Source: Octopus vulgaris | Lineage: Eukaryota | DNA length: 64,000 bases | Reading direction: 5' to 3' | Assembly (NCBI GenBank): GCA_951406725.2 | Contig: OX597821.1 | Location: 118,792,001 to 118,856,000, forward strand | Shown here: positions 33,996 to 43,749 of the stretch, one piece after another | Layout: the number at the start of each line of letters is the position of its first letter | Numbering within the stretch: the stretch's first letter is position 1 | Program-made: the position numbers and the translations under genes | The notes under the pieces: generated by a model | Database searches by the model: none | Told to the model about the DNA's origin: nothing | Seen by the model: only the letters and a program-made list of their open reading frames with translations

Positions 33996-36628
33996 CATAC
34001 ATACACACACATATATATGTCATATTGGATGGTTTCCCTCAAACTCAGATTGGACTTAGAATTCCGGTCGTCCTAAAAGGGCCAGGAGAGTTCATATGTA
34101 CATATACACTCTACATCTCCAGTCTGGAATCTTCATTTTTCTTTTTACCAGAATATCAACTTACTGGAAACTTCCAGAGATGTGCAACTACACAAATACC
34201 CTCTCTCACTCATTTATCATATCTTAAATGTATTGCTTCTCTGAGCATCAACACACAAAAATCTTTCGTTTCTGGCAGCTAACTTGCTAGAATTCTACAG
34301 ATTTATCCACCATCTTTCCAACAACATTTCTGACCACCTCTGGAATTCAATACTTCTACCATTCCAGACATGCTTATAAAATCAAAAATAGCCAAGCTAC
34401 AATGATTTTCAGAAACTTTTGTTTCACATTAAAAATTGCCAAAGCTTGGAACAAACTATCTACGTTGGTTGTTAGTTGATCCCTTCAAAATAGCAGACTT
34501 CCTGAAATTCATTATCACTACTTCTGATGCTCCTATGCACCCGTTCCTCTTTCTATCCCTTTCAATGCTCCCTTTTCTGCCTATGGGTGTCTTACCCTAT
34601 GTACTATGTCATACACATTATGCTGCCATGGGTGTCTCTCTCTACATGACATTGTGTTGCTTTCTGACCTTACATGTGATGGGGAAAGATCCATAATTAG
34701 GGGAATCATACAAATCTACCAATTCATTTTAAAGGAAAAAGCGTTTCTTATTAAACGTAGGATGTCTGTCTTAGTTACACCCTCACTTTTGTCTGACTGA
34801 AGTGGTGGGGGAAAATCACTTCACAGATCCCCCAGTATATTACTGTTACATTTGATATCAAATAGGAAGCGAAAGAAAACACTGAAAAGATTTCAAGTGT
34901 GAGACGCTGACAAGAGACACGCTGCTAAATATACAGAGACCATCTGAACAAACCAACTGTAGAGATTAGACCATAAGATGGTGTGTAAAGTAATTGAATA
35001 GGTAAAGATCTATAACGGGTGAAAACCCTTAGGAATAATTGTGGTGAGTTGATGCATAAACTCAGGAAGACATTGAAAACCTCTTTAAGTTGGTCATTGA
35101 AGCTATTACAAAGGAAATATTTGTGACTTGATATCTGTGGGAAGTTATGAAAGACATCAGGGTCTGCTAAATATGTCCAAAGTGTGAAAAAGTAGACGCA
35201 AAAGAAAGAAAGAGTGACAGAGAGAATTATAATATTAAGAAAGCAGGGAGTAGTTTGAGGAATCTTAATAAGGCAGCAGTATCAGGGCTTGCATTAGTTT
35301 GTAGTCATACGGTATGTAAAAATGTGTGAGTGGTTCATACCCAACTGTATTACAGCTGTACAGATAAGCAACACTATCAACTTCACCTGGAGGAAAACAC
35401 CTACCCTCACTAACTGGCAGACATTCACCCACCGTTGAAATACATGTCTGATGGTCAACAAAAAACGTAAGGATTGTTTCTGCATTTCACCATCTGTCAG
35501 CTCTTTTCCCTCCCAAATTAGAGCCTAGATTTCTGGTCTCTTACCAAGAATTATCTCCATAAATTAAGCAGAATCCTTTTACCCACCACTCTCTAACTGT
35601 GGAGAGGCTCTATACCTGTAATTCTCAAAAATTTGCTATGGCCCCTTTTTCTTTTGCTAACAACTTTTCAAAAGCTTTTTCCCTTGCTATAATTCAGTGT
35701 CCCTCGTTTTAAATGTATAAAATACCAGGTGAAAGTATTTTCTTTCTGGGTCCCTGTCTTGACATGGGTGAATACTAACCACAGGCCCACCCCACAATAA
35801 ATGAATATTTGATACATCACCCCTTCACTTTAGTTACTGATTGAACCTTTACTCAGGTAAATATTATTTGTGTTTCATATATACGTACTCCCATTTGTTC
35901 CTTGGTCCCCAGTCCTCATAAAATTTTCCACAGCCCCCAACCAGGGGTAGTATTAATCTCTTTGGAAAAGGCCTGCTCTATATTCTTGTAGAGAGTATCT
36001 CATCTGCTGACTACCAACCTATTATTCGAATGTCCAATATTTCAAATATGAAGTAAAAAGTCATAAACAGCCATCATCTTCATCCTTTCGGTATCTTCCT
36101 CTATTCAATGAACTCCAGTATAGTTCTGTAAAGCCAGATCGAGCAGATGGTAGAGTCGATTCCTATGTGACACCCCAGTGTTTTCATATATTTGACAGAA
36201 AAGAGAAATGGTGTAACCCTTGACATCAGTAAAACTTTCAATTGTTTCTGGCGAGAGAACGTCATGACAAAGTCACCATCCATCTACTGGCTCCATCTGT
36301 TTCTCATCTCTTGGACTGAATATTTCCTGCCAGAATACTCCATTGCAGTGTGTGATGATGGGCTTCTCTCTCATTCACATTCCATCAACTCTGACATGCT
36401 TCAAGGTTTAGCTAAATATTTATGAAATCTAGTAATGATGATTAGAGATGAAAGAAAAGAAATACCTGTGTTTATTTAGGAACAATTAATATTGTGTATA
36501 AAATAGCAATCAACTTTGAGAAGACAATAAACAGAACAACTTACTTTTTGTGAATTCTTTTTAATATATTCTTGAATATTTTGAGTGTCACCAAGCAAAA
36601 GTTTACTTATATTCTCATCAAATTCCAT
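174..36628 (-). CDS. Spliced gene: Mind-bomb-derived ankyrin repeat / RING-HC / death-domain protein (13 coding exons, 1554 aa with all cassette exons)
   Basis: Manual splicing of exons 36628-36545, 33821-33670, 31851-31695, 26622-23408, 22551-22515, 17487-17278, 15338-15160, 13735-13593, 9396-9325, 7104-7033, 4852-4781, 3008-2937 and 373-174. All introns are GT-AG, phases match at every junction (0,2,0,2,0,0,2,1,1,1,1,1), total 4665 nt with no internal stop. The motif [26 protein letters not shown] followed by a RING resembles the MIB1/MIB2 ANK-RING junction. Confidence 0.85.
2937..3008 (-). CDS. First death-domain exon ([24 protein letters not shown])
   Basis: Acceptor ttttcag, donor gtgagc. 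Supplies the L..VA..LG..W..V helix 1-2 motif of a death domain and joins in frame to GRELG of the last exon. Confidence 0.85.
3260..3945 (-). mobile_element. Decayed non-LTR retrotransposon RT fragment (HERO / RLE-clade-like), array unit 1
   Basis: DLANTHG...[20 protein letters not shown]...VDDITILT resembles the RT motifs LDLANAYGS / GI..GC.IS / F.DD. Frameshifts and stops present. Confidence 0.7.
4781..4852 (-). CDS. 72-nt phase 1-1 cassette exon, derived copy ([24 protein letters not shown])
   Basis: Acceptor ttttcag, donor gtaagt, open frame. Confidence 0.65.
5100..6210 (-). mobile_element. Decayed HERO / RLE-like RT fragment, array unit 2
   Basis: ORF 5858..6145 [22 protein letters not shown]...VDDITILT. 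Confidence 0.7.
7033..7104 (-). CDS. 72-nt phase 1-1 cassette exon, derived copy ([24 protein letters not shown])
   Basis: Acceptor tttacag, donor gtaagt, open frame. Confidence 0.65.
7350..8490 (-). mobile_element. Decayed HERO / RLE-like RT fragment, array unit 3
   Basis: ORF 8151..8735 [15 protein letters not shown]...[12 protein letters not shown]. Confidence 0.7.
9325..9396 (-). CDS. 72-nt phase 1-1 cassette exon, derived copy ([24 protein letters not shown])
   Basis: Acceptor tttacag, donor gtaagt, open frame, paralogous to exon 2937-3008. Confidence 0.65.
9635..10750 (-). mobile_element. Decayed HERO / RLE-like RT fragment, array unit 4
   Basis: ORF 10409..10687 with the same RT motifs. 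Confidence 0.7.
11369..11980 (-). mobile_element. Decayed HERO / RLE-like RT fragment, array unit 5 (truncated unit)
   Basis: ORF 11646..11915 with the same RT motifs. Confidence 0.7.
13593..13735 (-). CDS. RING-HC (C3HC4) finger exon
   Basis: CLLC-x9[13 protein letters not shown]8-CPKC, MIB/IAP-type spacing. 143 nt, phase 2 to 1, acceptor cag, donor gtaag. Confidence 0.9.
15160..15338 (-). CDS. Last ankyrin / linker exon of Mind-bomb type (YYKKLQ...[13 protein letters not shown]...MMPLDLIKD...FPPP)
   Basis: 179 nt, phase 0 to 2, donor gtaagt. Resembles the MIB motif IACFLAANGADL..RNKKGQSPLDL. Confidence 0.85.
16041..16237. repeat. Inverted repeat, ~75-bp arms with ~46-bp spacer
   Basis: ttcaaacatataagggatggcc...ccaaaccactaat (16041-16115) is the near-perfect reverse complement of attagtggtttgg...ggccatcccttatatgtttgaa (16162-16236). 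Confidence 0.9.
16487..16940 (-). mobile_element. tRNA-derived SINE (octopus-type) with internal (CA)n(TA)n
   Basis: Minus-strand head agtggctgtgtggtaagtagc...gggtccagtccc with A/B-box-like motifs, and a (aagagta)n-like tail. Near-identical copies at 38551 and 57612. Confidence 0.85.
17278..17487 (-). CDS. Ankyrin exon ([20 protein letters not shown]...GNNCLHLAV...VLDK)
   Basis: 210 nt, phase 0 to 0, acceptor ...cacaaag, donor gtaagt, two ankyrin motifs. Confidence 0.85.
18900..19150 (-). mobile_element. RTE-type LINE C-terminal fragment
   Basis: [31 protein letters not shown] resembles the RTE RLRWFGHV motif. Confidence 0.6.
19678..21990 (-). mobile_element. Decayed RTE-clade LINE with (GAT)n 3' tail
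   Basis: ORF pieces [14 protein letters not shown]...NYRGIKLLD...[19 protein letters not shown]...VNVAKTKVL and [20 protein letters not shown]. (cat)n at the low-coordinate end. Confidence 0.85.
22515..22551 (-). CDS. 37-nt exon completing an ankyrin repeat ([13 protein letters not shown])
   Basis: Strong polypyrimidine tract ending in ttttag, donor gttagt. Provides the phase 2 to 0 bridge needed between the flanking exons and supplies ankyrin helix 2. Confidence 0.8.
23408..26622 (-). CDS. Giant single exon encoding 31 complete 34-aa ankyrin repeats plus the start of a 32nd
   Basis: ORF 23404..26634. Acceptor ttttcag before 26622, donor gtaagt after 23408. TPLHLA / TALHRA / TPLSLA motifs recur every 34 aa (102 nt). 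Confidence 0.95.
28215..29440. repeat. Large imperfect palindrome, ~600-bp arms with ~20-bp spacer centred near 28808
   Basis: ggtcacgtgtttcagtctt (28731) pairs with aagactgaaacacgtgacc (28862). ttatccgagc (28358) pairs with gctcggataa (29286). cattctctttt (28237) pairs with aaaagagaatg (29411). Confidence 0.85.
29540..31081 (+). mobile_element. Degenerate Tc1-like DNA transposon with ~200-bp IR/DR-type terminal inverted repeats
   Basis: tgatgacagttctagtccttcattaatt...caagac (29568-29760) mirrors gtcttaaac...aattaatgaaggaatagagctgtcatca (30888-31081). ORF 30200..30823 has [13 protein letters not shown] and the terminal GYGTKY. Frameshifted upstream. Confidence 0.9.
31695..31851 (-). CDS. Ankyrin exon ([31 protein letters not shown]...NNMLQ)
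   Basis: Acceptor tttcag, donor gtcagt, 157 nt, phase 2 to 0, GNTPLH motif. Confidence 0.88.
33670..33821 (-). CDS. Ankyrin exon ([19 protein letters not shown]...[10 protein letters not shown])
   Basis: Acceptor cag, donor gtaagt, 152 nt, phase 0 to 2, ankyrin consensus. Confidence 0.88.
35500..36420 (+). mobile_element. Highly decayed LINE (CR1/Jockey-like) RT fragment
   Basis: [13 protein letters not shown] resembles ALDISKAFDRVW. Heavily disrupted. Confidence 0.4.
36545..36628 (-). CDS. First coding exon ([28 protein letters not shown])
   Basis: Polypyrimidine acceptor (tttctttctttttctag) before 36645, ATG at 36628, donor gtaagt after 36545. Phase 0 joins in frame to INEISSQG of the next exon. 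Confidence 0.75.
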
Positions 36629-38163
36629 CTTTTAAATGAAATATGCTAGAAAAAGAAAGAAATCAAAAGTTTCAAAACTTAAAAAAATGAGGTAAACAAC
36701 AATATAAAGAAGACTGTGTTTCACATATTTCTCATAAAATATTACAAAAATTAGAAACTTCAATTTATCTAAAGTATTATTTACATCTGGATGTTCTTCT
36801 TGGCACTAATAAACCTAACAACAGTCATTGTGTTGTGTCTCTTGGTCAGCTACATTACTCTGCTTATTACAGTCTGATTGGTGACAAGTAAACCCTGAAT
36901 ATTGGAATGTAGTCTGTTGGTCATCCAGGTGGAGACACTGTTCATGTTGAGCTTGGGTTTGTGGATCATACCTCAGCTAGGTGGAGACACTGTATACCTT
37001 GCGCTATAGATCATTCTTCAGAGAGGTGTAAATACAGTACCCTTTGAGCTGAGGGCCTATGGATAATACCTTGTTGTTATTCAACTCACTGATTACGGGG
37101 CGCAGGTGTGTTTGATCAGAACTTACCTGGAGCTACTCAACAACAAATTCCAAGAACTTAGAAGTGATGGAAACAGTTATAAACAACTAAATGCTTTATC
37201 AATTTCGATATCATTTCCCATTCTGTGACCATCACTATGGTTCCATATTTTCAAAACACACACATATGCTTTTCGGTTATTTCTTCATGTTAGTCAGTAT
37301 CAGAAAGCATCACCCAAAAATGAAGTTTGCTCAACATATCAGAAGATGAGATTAATAAAGATTTTAATTACCAAGAATATTATGTTATTAAAATATATTT
37401 TATAATGAAAGATCCATCACATAGTATGAGCTGATTATTTATTTATTTATAGAACGGATTAAGATACAAAATACTTAATCTTTGAAGTAAGACACAAAAT
37501 TTACAACAATATTAAAGCTTGAGTTCATAGAATTCTTAGGCTGCCGGACAAAATGCTTAATGGCATTTCCTCCGATTTTACATTCTGGAATCAAATGCTG
37601 TCAGGCTTCACTTCGCCTTTCATACTTTTGGGTGAAATAAGTACCATTCATGTACTGGGGTCGAGGTAATCGACTTGATGCCCTTCCTCCGAATTCCTGG
37701 CCTTGTGCCAAATCTTGAGACAAATATTAAAGCATGAAATTTGGAAGACAAGGAAAGATTATTTGTTCTTCAGGTCATCTATCTTCTAGATCATTCCTGA
37801 CATGACAGAAATATAGAAAGAAATATAAAAAAGATATTGATTCCATAAAAGAAGAGAAATTTGGAGATATTAATAAAAGAATCGATAGAAAATGGTTCAT
37901 GTGCAATAAACCTTTCAGGATTCATCTTTGATTTGATCTCATCTTCTTTGTTTCTAGTCTGAACCAAAACACCAACAAGTGACATTATAAAGTTTTATAA
38001 AATATATCTTTAAAACAATTAATATAATTTGGACAATCGTTTAATAAATATGGCTTATAAACACACCCACATATGTATATATGTGCGTATATGTATTACA
38101 GATGTGTCGTAGGCAGTTTTTAGTTCAGTGCCAAGGCGGGGCACACAGGGCAAGGGTATATAG

Positions 38164-38215
<52 letters not shown>

Positions 38216-38550
38216 ACGTGTGTTTATACCTGACTGTGTGTGTGTGTGTGTGTGTGCTTGTTTGTTTATGTTTTGTATCACTGAAACTTATCCAGCTCAG
38301 AATAATAATGTTCTTATTATCTTCCTTATTAGCAAAAGGACCTTTGACAGAAGCGATCAATTAATTGAGCAGCAGATAAAGGTTCGTGTTTGGAAGGGAT
38401 CAAGTTGTAAACTATGCCTTAATGATGTATCCATCAAACCCCTGCTAGCAAAGCAGCATGAGAAAAAAGGTGTAAAAACGAATAACATATATAAATATAG
38501 GTACATGCTTACATGTATATATATATATGGATATTTATATGTATGTATAT

Positions 38551-38976
38551 ACTCTTTACTCTTTTTACTCTCTTTACTTGTTTCAGTCATTTGACTGCGG
38601 CCATGCTGGAGCACCGCCTTTAGTCGAGCAACTCGACCCCGGGACTTATTCTTTTTGTGAGCCCAGTACTTATTCTATCGGACTCTTTTTGCCGAACCGC
38701 TAAGTGACGGGGACGTAAACACACCAGCATCGGTTGTCAAGCAATGCTAGGGGAACAAACACAGACACACAAACACACACACACATACATATATATATAT
38801 ACATATATATATATACATATATACGACAGGCTTCTTTCAGTTTCCATCTACCAAATCCACTCACAAGGCATTGGTCGGCCCGAGGCTATAGCAGAACACA
38901 CTTGCCCAAGATGCCACTGAACCCGGAACCATGTAGTTGGTTAGCAAGCTACTTACCACACAGCCACTCCTGCGCG
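38551..38976 (-). mobile_element. tRNA-derived SINE (same family as 16487)
   Basis: Head gcgcaggagtggctgtgtggtaag...ggttcag and the shared body. Confidence 0.85.
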
Positions 38977-38992
38977 TATGTATATGTATGTG

Positions 38993-39075
<83 letters not shown>

Positions 39076-39210
39076 GCATACATATGTATATGTATGAATA
39101 TGTATGTATATGCATATATATATATGTAATAAATATATATGATATATATTGGTAAAAACGGTAAGATAACAAAAGAAGAGACCTCAATATTATGTAAATA
39201 GAGGAAATTT

Positions 39211-39446
39211 ATCTGTAAAATAATGTGACAATTATTCAATAGCCAAGATAAAACACTGAGTTTCAGATGCCGAGGTGGAAATCCACAACACGATCTCTTC
39301 GGTTATCTGGTCATCTATATTCTATGTTCCTTCTATATTTCAGTCATTTCAGATAACCGAAGAGATGGTGTTGTGGATTTCTCCCTCGGCATCCGAAACT
39401 CAGCGTTATATCTTGGCTATTGGATAATTGTGACATATTATTTTAC

Positions 39447-39450
<4 letters not shown>
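39211..39450. repeat. Inverted repeat, ~100-bp arms with 40-bp spacer, just 5' of the Penelope ORF
   Basis: atctgtaaaataat...ctcttcggttatctg (39211-39309) pairs with cagataaccgaagag...attattttacagat (39350-39450). Confidence 0.9.
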
Positions 39451-39480
<30 letters not shown>

Positions 39481-39484
<4 letters not shown>

Positions 39485-42433
39485 TTGATAAGGACGTTTA
39501 TAAGCGCCTTGATGAGGACGTTTATAAGCGCCTGATTTCGAATAGTGTCACAGACACATACAAAAAAGACAACACGAATATATACAAAGAGGTGAACTTA
39601 GAAGCAAGAGGAATAGCTAACGATCTTAAGATTAGCGATAGGATTGAATATCTTTCACCACGACCAGCTTTTATTACTCTGAAAGACCATAAAGCCAATT
39701 TTAGTAGAAACCCCAAATGTAGATTGATAAATCCGGCTAAAACTGAGATAGGAATTATTAGCAAAAATAGTTTGGACCCTATTTTAGTTAAGTTAGATAG
39801 TGAAGTAGACTTGAGAATTTGGAAGAATAGTAAGTCAGTCATAGAGTGGTTTAAAGGTATTAGCTATAAGAATAATTGTAGTTTCACACAATTCGACATT
39901 ATTGACTTTTACCCGTCAATATCTAGGACGTTGCTCCTAAGGGCATTGGACTTCGCCAAGCAATATGTCAACATCGATAGCTCGGAAATTGATATTATTA
40001 TGCATGCGAGGAAATCGCTTCTTTTTTCGAGGATTCCACCTGGATTAAGAAGACTGAGGATTCTCTTTTCGATGTACCGATGGGGGCATACGACGGGGCT
40101 GAGTTATGTATGCTCATAAGAGCCTTTATCCTCCATCTAAAAATAGAATTCCCTTTTATAGATGCAGGTTTATATAGGGATGACGGCCTTATAGCCACGC
40201 ATAATCTAAACGGCCATGAATCAGATAGACTTAGGAAGGACCTCATAGCTTTCTTTCAAAGGATGGGCTTACGGGTTACGATAGATGCTAACCTGAATAG
40301 TGTAGATTTTTTAGACGTAAATTTTAATGCAAGATCGGATAGATTTAAACCTTTCCGTAAGCCCAATGAAAAGCTATCGTATATTAGCAAAGATTCGAAC
40401 CATCCACCAGTTATCCTTAGGAACTTAGTCAGCAATGTAGGTAGAAGAATATCTTCAATTTCTTCGGACGAGGCAGCATTCCATAATGCTGCACCTTATT
40501 ACGATAGCGCATTAAAGAATAGTGGATTCTCTGAGAAGATCCAGTTCAACCAGCGTAATGCTGATAATAATGCTGCACGAAGAACTAGGACCAGGAAAGT
40601 TTTGTGGTTCAACCCGGCTTTCAATTTGGCCGTAAAGACTAATATAGGTAAGGAATTTTTGAGATTAGTCTCTAAGCATTTTAAGCAGGGTCATAAATTC
40701 TATAGGATTTTAATAGAAGAACCCTGAAGGTTAGCTATTCTTGTTGCAGAAATTTCGCCTCTTACATTAGCCAACATAATAGGAAGCTAATTGAGATTAG
40801 ACATGGTGCCGAGCCCATTAAGAAATGCAATTTCAAAAACGAAAGCTCCTGTCCGTTAGAAGGGAAATGTCTAGTGAAAGGAGTAGTTTATAGAGCCAAG
40901 GTGCAAGTGGAAGGCTCATCAGAATACAAGACATACACAGGGGCTTCAGAAAATTCATTTAAAACAAGATTTTATTCTCATAAAAATTCATTTAAATACC
41001 CAGAGAATAGGAAGAAAACCAGCCTAGCAAAATATGTCTGGGAACTAAAAGAAAAGGAAGCCCCACCTTTCAACGTGACATGGAGCATTCTGGACAGGGC
41101 GGCACCATACAGGCATGGAGCATACAAAAATAATTTCAAGTGCAAACTTTGTCTATTAGAAAAAATGTACATCTTATTCAAAGACAATAATTCTTTGAAT
41201 CAAAGAAGTGAGCTAATGAACTTATGTAGGCACGCGGCTAAATTTAAAATGTCGAATATAAATATACCATATGGATAGAGTATATATTTTGTATTTTTGA
41301 TTTTTGAAATTTTGATTTTGACTCTTGAACGATGAGCGCTACGATGGATTTTGTTTCCAAGCAATGCGGATCTTAATCCGTATAGCAAAGTCTTATGTTT
41401 CTACATATACATCAGGAAAAACCTTCGACCCTGTTTTCAGGTTATTGTATTGTATAGGATTACCTTGATTATTTATATTACCTTGATTATTTATAAATGA
41501 TCCAAAATAGGGTGTTATATTTTATTTTATATGTCTTTCGTATATATTTTTATTAATGCACCCATTCTTTTAAAAAAAGCAATGTTTTTTTAAAAAAAGC
41601 AATGTTGTCAAAATTAGAATGTTGATGTAAGTATGTGTATAGCCGAGGATATGTATTTGTAAGCATGCGTATCTGTGTATGTGTAAGTGAGAGTATGTTT
41701 GTGCTTAAGCACACATATACACGACTGTATGTGTATGTATCCATTCGAACTTGTTTGTATACTTGTCTCCATATATGCCAATAATGCCGTTACACAGATT
41801 GTATACATAATTTTTTCTTATTTCGTTTTTTTCCCCACCCCTCCTTCGTTCCTTTTTCTCTCTCTTCCTTTCTTTCGTTCCCCCTTACTCAGTATATGAG
41901 AATCGCTACATACATGATTTTTAACTTGCGTGCGAGATGGTTTGCGTGAATATATGTACACATGCATTTATGTGTATATTTAGATTTATATTCATACGTC
42001 TGTATATGTATGGCGTTGGCGCGCATCCTTTTGTGTATGTTGATATATATATGCACATTTTAATAAAAATATGTATTGCAGTGTAATATTTATAACAGGT
42101 TTAATTCCTATGAATTAATTTATACTTTCTTCATTAACGTCAATATGTATTTTATTCAATGTAAGGTTTTTTCCTCGGATTTTATAATTTTTTATAAGTT
42201 TTTTTTATATATATATACATATATTTTTGACCTTTTTGTTTATCGCTCGAAGATTGACCGTTTTTTTCTAAAGGGCCAATCAAACAAGTCCATTTCTTTT
42301 TAAAGGTGTAGCGTTTGTAAGAGTCTAGATTGAATTGATATATCGGTTCCATTCTAGCAAAAACTGTCTGATGAACGGCAACGTGAAACTCAGAGTAACA
42401 GATTTTGTTGAATTTTCTGCTGCTTAAAATAAA

Positions 42434-42435
<2 letters not shown>
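39481..42435 (+). mobile_element. Penelope-like retroelement (RT + GIY-YIG), 5'-truncated, two frameshifts, with 3' region containing a hammerhead motif
   Basis: FDIIDFYPSI, MGAYDGAELC, YRDDGL and VDFLDV (RT). VVYRAKV..YTGASENSFKTRFYSH...CKLCLLEK...LNQRSEL (GIY-YIG). Frameshifts near 40030-40080 and 40720. Flanked by (TA)n. Confidence 0.9.
42360..42406 (+). ncRNA. Minimal type I hammerhead ribozyme motif
   Basis: ctgt-CTGATGA-acg(gcaa)cgt-GAAA-ctc(a)gag-TA-acag. Intact catalytic core, GNRA-capped stem II, GUA cleavage triplet at 42395-42397. Confidence 0.8.
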
Positions 42436-42491
<56 letters not shown>

Positions 42492-42549
42492 ATATACATA
42501 CATATATATATGTATATATATGTATATGTATATACATACATATATATAT

Positions 42550-43070
42550 AGTGGCTTCCGGGGGTATCTGTAGTTTTTATGACTCCTGTGCATCTTCCAC
42601 ATACCAGAACTACTTTCTCTTCTAAACTTTATATAATCTTTCTGCACTTCATGTGTGTCCATAACTTACACAGGGTTCATCGCACGCAATTCCTGTCTAC
42701 ATTTACGATGGAATTTGGACCCTGTCTGTGTTTTTGTTTACAAGAAACTTAAATTTGAGACCTTCTGATTCCAACTAGAATTTCTTTTCTAATTCTGTTA
42801 CAGAATCTTCCATGAGAGTAAGATCATCAGGGTTTAACAATTCCCAGGGGCTGTTGGTCTCAAATTCCTTTTATAGCCTGGAGGACAACGATGAATAGGT
42901 GGGGACTGAGAGCCTAACCCTGATGAACGCCTACCAGAATACTAACTTCATAACTATACTCATTGTTAACTCTCATCTTACTGACAGAAACTCTACACAT
43001 GGCCTGTGCAGCTTTCACAAGTCACTCGTCTACTCCTCGCTTTCTCAAAGCCCACCATATCACACAGTGG
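42550..43070 (-). mobile_element. RTE LINE RT fragment
   Basis: The minus strand reads as degenerate GV.QGS.LSP.LF and PWELL..DDL motifs (ccctgggaattgttaaaccctgatgatctt). Confidence 0.5.
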
Positions 43071-43099
43071 AGTAGTTATGTTTAATAAAAGATAATTTC

Positions 43100-43700
43100 T
43101 TTACCTAAGTTCGAACATCCTTCGAAGTAGCCACCATGTTCAGCAATGCATCCGTCTCAGTGTCCCTGCCACTTTTGGAATCCGTGTTGCGTGTCGTTTT
43201 CCGTAAACGAGTCGAGGATCTTCTGCGATTCGCTTTTCATTTCGACAACGGCGACCTTTGAACAATATTTACATCTTGCGGAAGAGACGGAAGCCAGCAG
43301 GTGCTAAATCTGGCGAATAGGTCGAGATTGGAAGCGATACCATGTTGCTTTTGGCTAGAAAATCACGAGTGAGGAGAACTCGGCGATAGAGGGCATTGTC
43401 ATCGTGAAGAATCCACTTCTTCGCGCTCCACAGATCCGGACGCTTTCGCCGAATTGTCTTCTTTCAAAAACTCTTCAAAACGTCGCTGTAGAATTCTCGA
43501 CTGACAGTCTGGCCCCGGGGCACGAATTTTTGATGCCCAATACTACATTTCCCAGGGTGTTGCTTGTGCCAGGCCTTTCAGATCGCTCGTCATCTTCAAT
43601 ATTGCTCATCGACTTCTAGGGACGTTCTCCCGCTTTTAAACATTGCGTACGACCTGGAAACTTGCCGTAGCAGACTTCCAAAATTTCACGTTGGTTTTTC
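43100..43700 (-). mobile_element. Mariner (DD34D) transposase fragment
   Basis: Minus-strand translation KRPDLWSAKKWILHDDNA...PYSPDLAP...GYFEG. Confidence 0.75.
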
Positions 43701-43749
43701 GTTCTTGTTCTTGATAAAATCGCAGACTACAGAATGCATATGATCACAA

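Noticed and set aside
174-36628. Assigning the symbol MIB2 or MIB1
   Set aside because: No MIB-HERC2/ZZ/REP exons were found, there is only one RING, and a death domain is present. Orthology cannot be claimed.
37120-37160. Strong minus-strand donor cag|gtaagt, a possible 5'UTR mini-exon
   Set aside because: The acceptor is weak and there is no coding constraint to test. It cannot be supported without transcripts.
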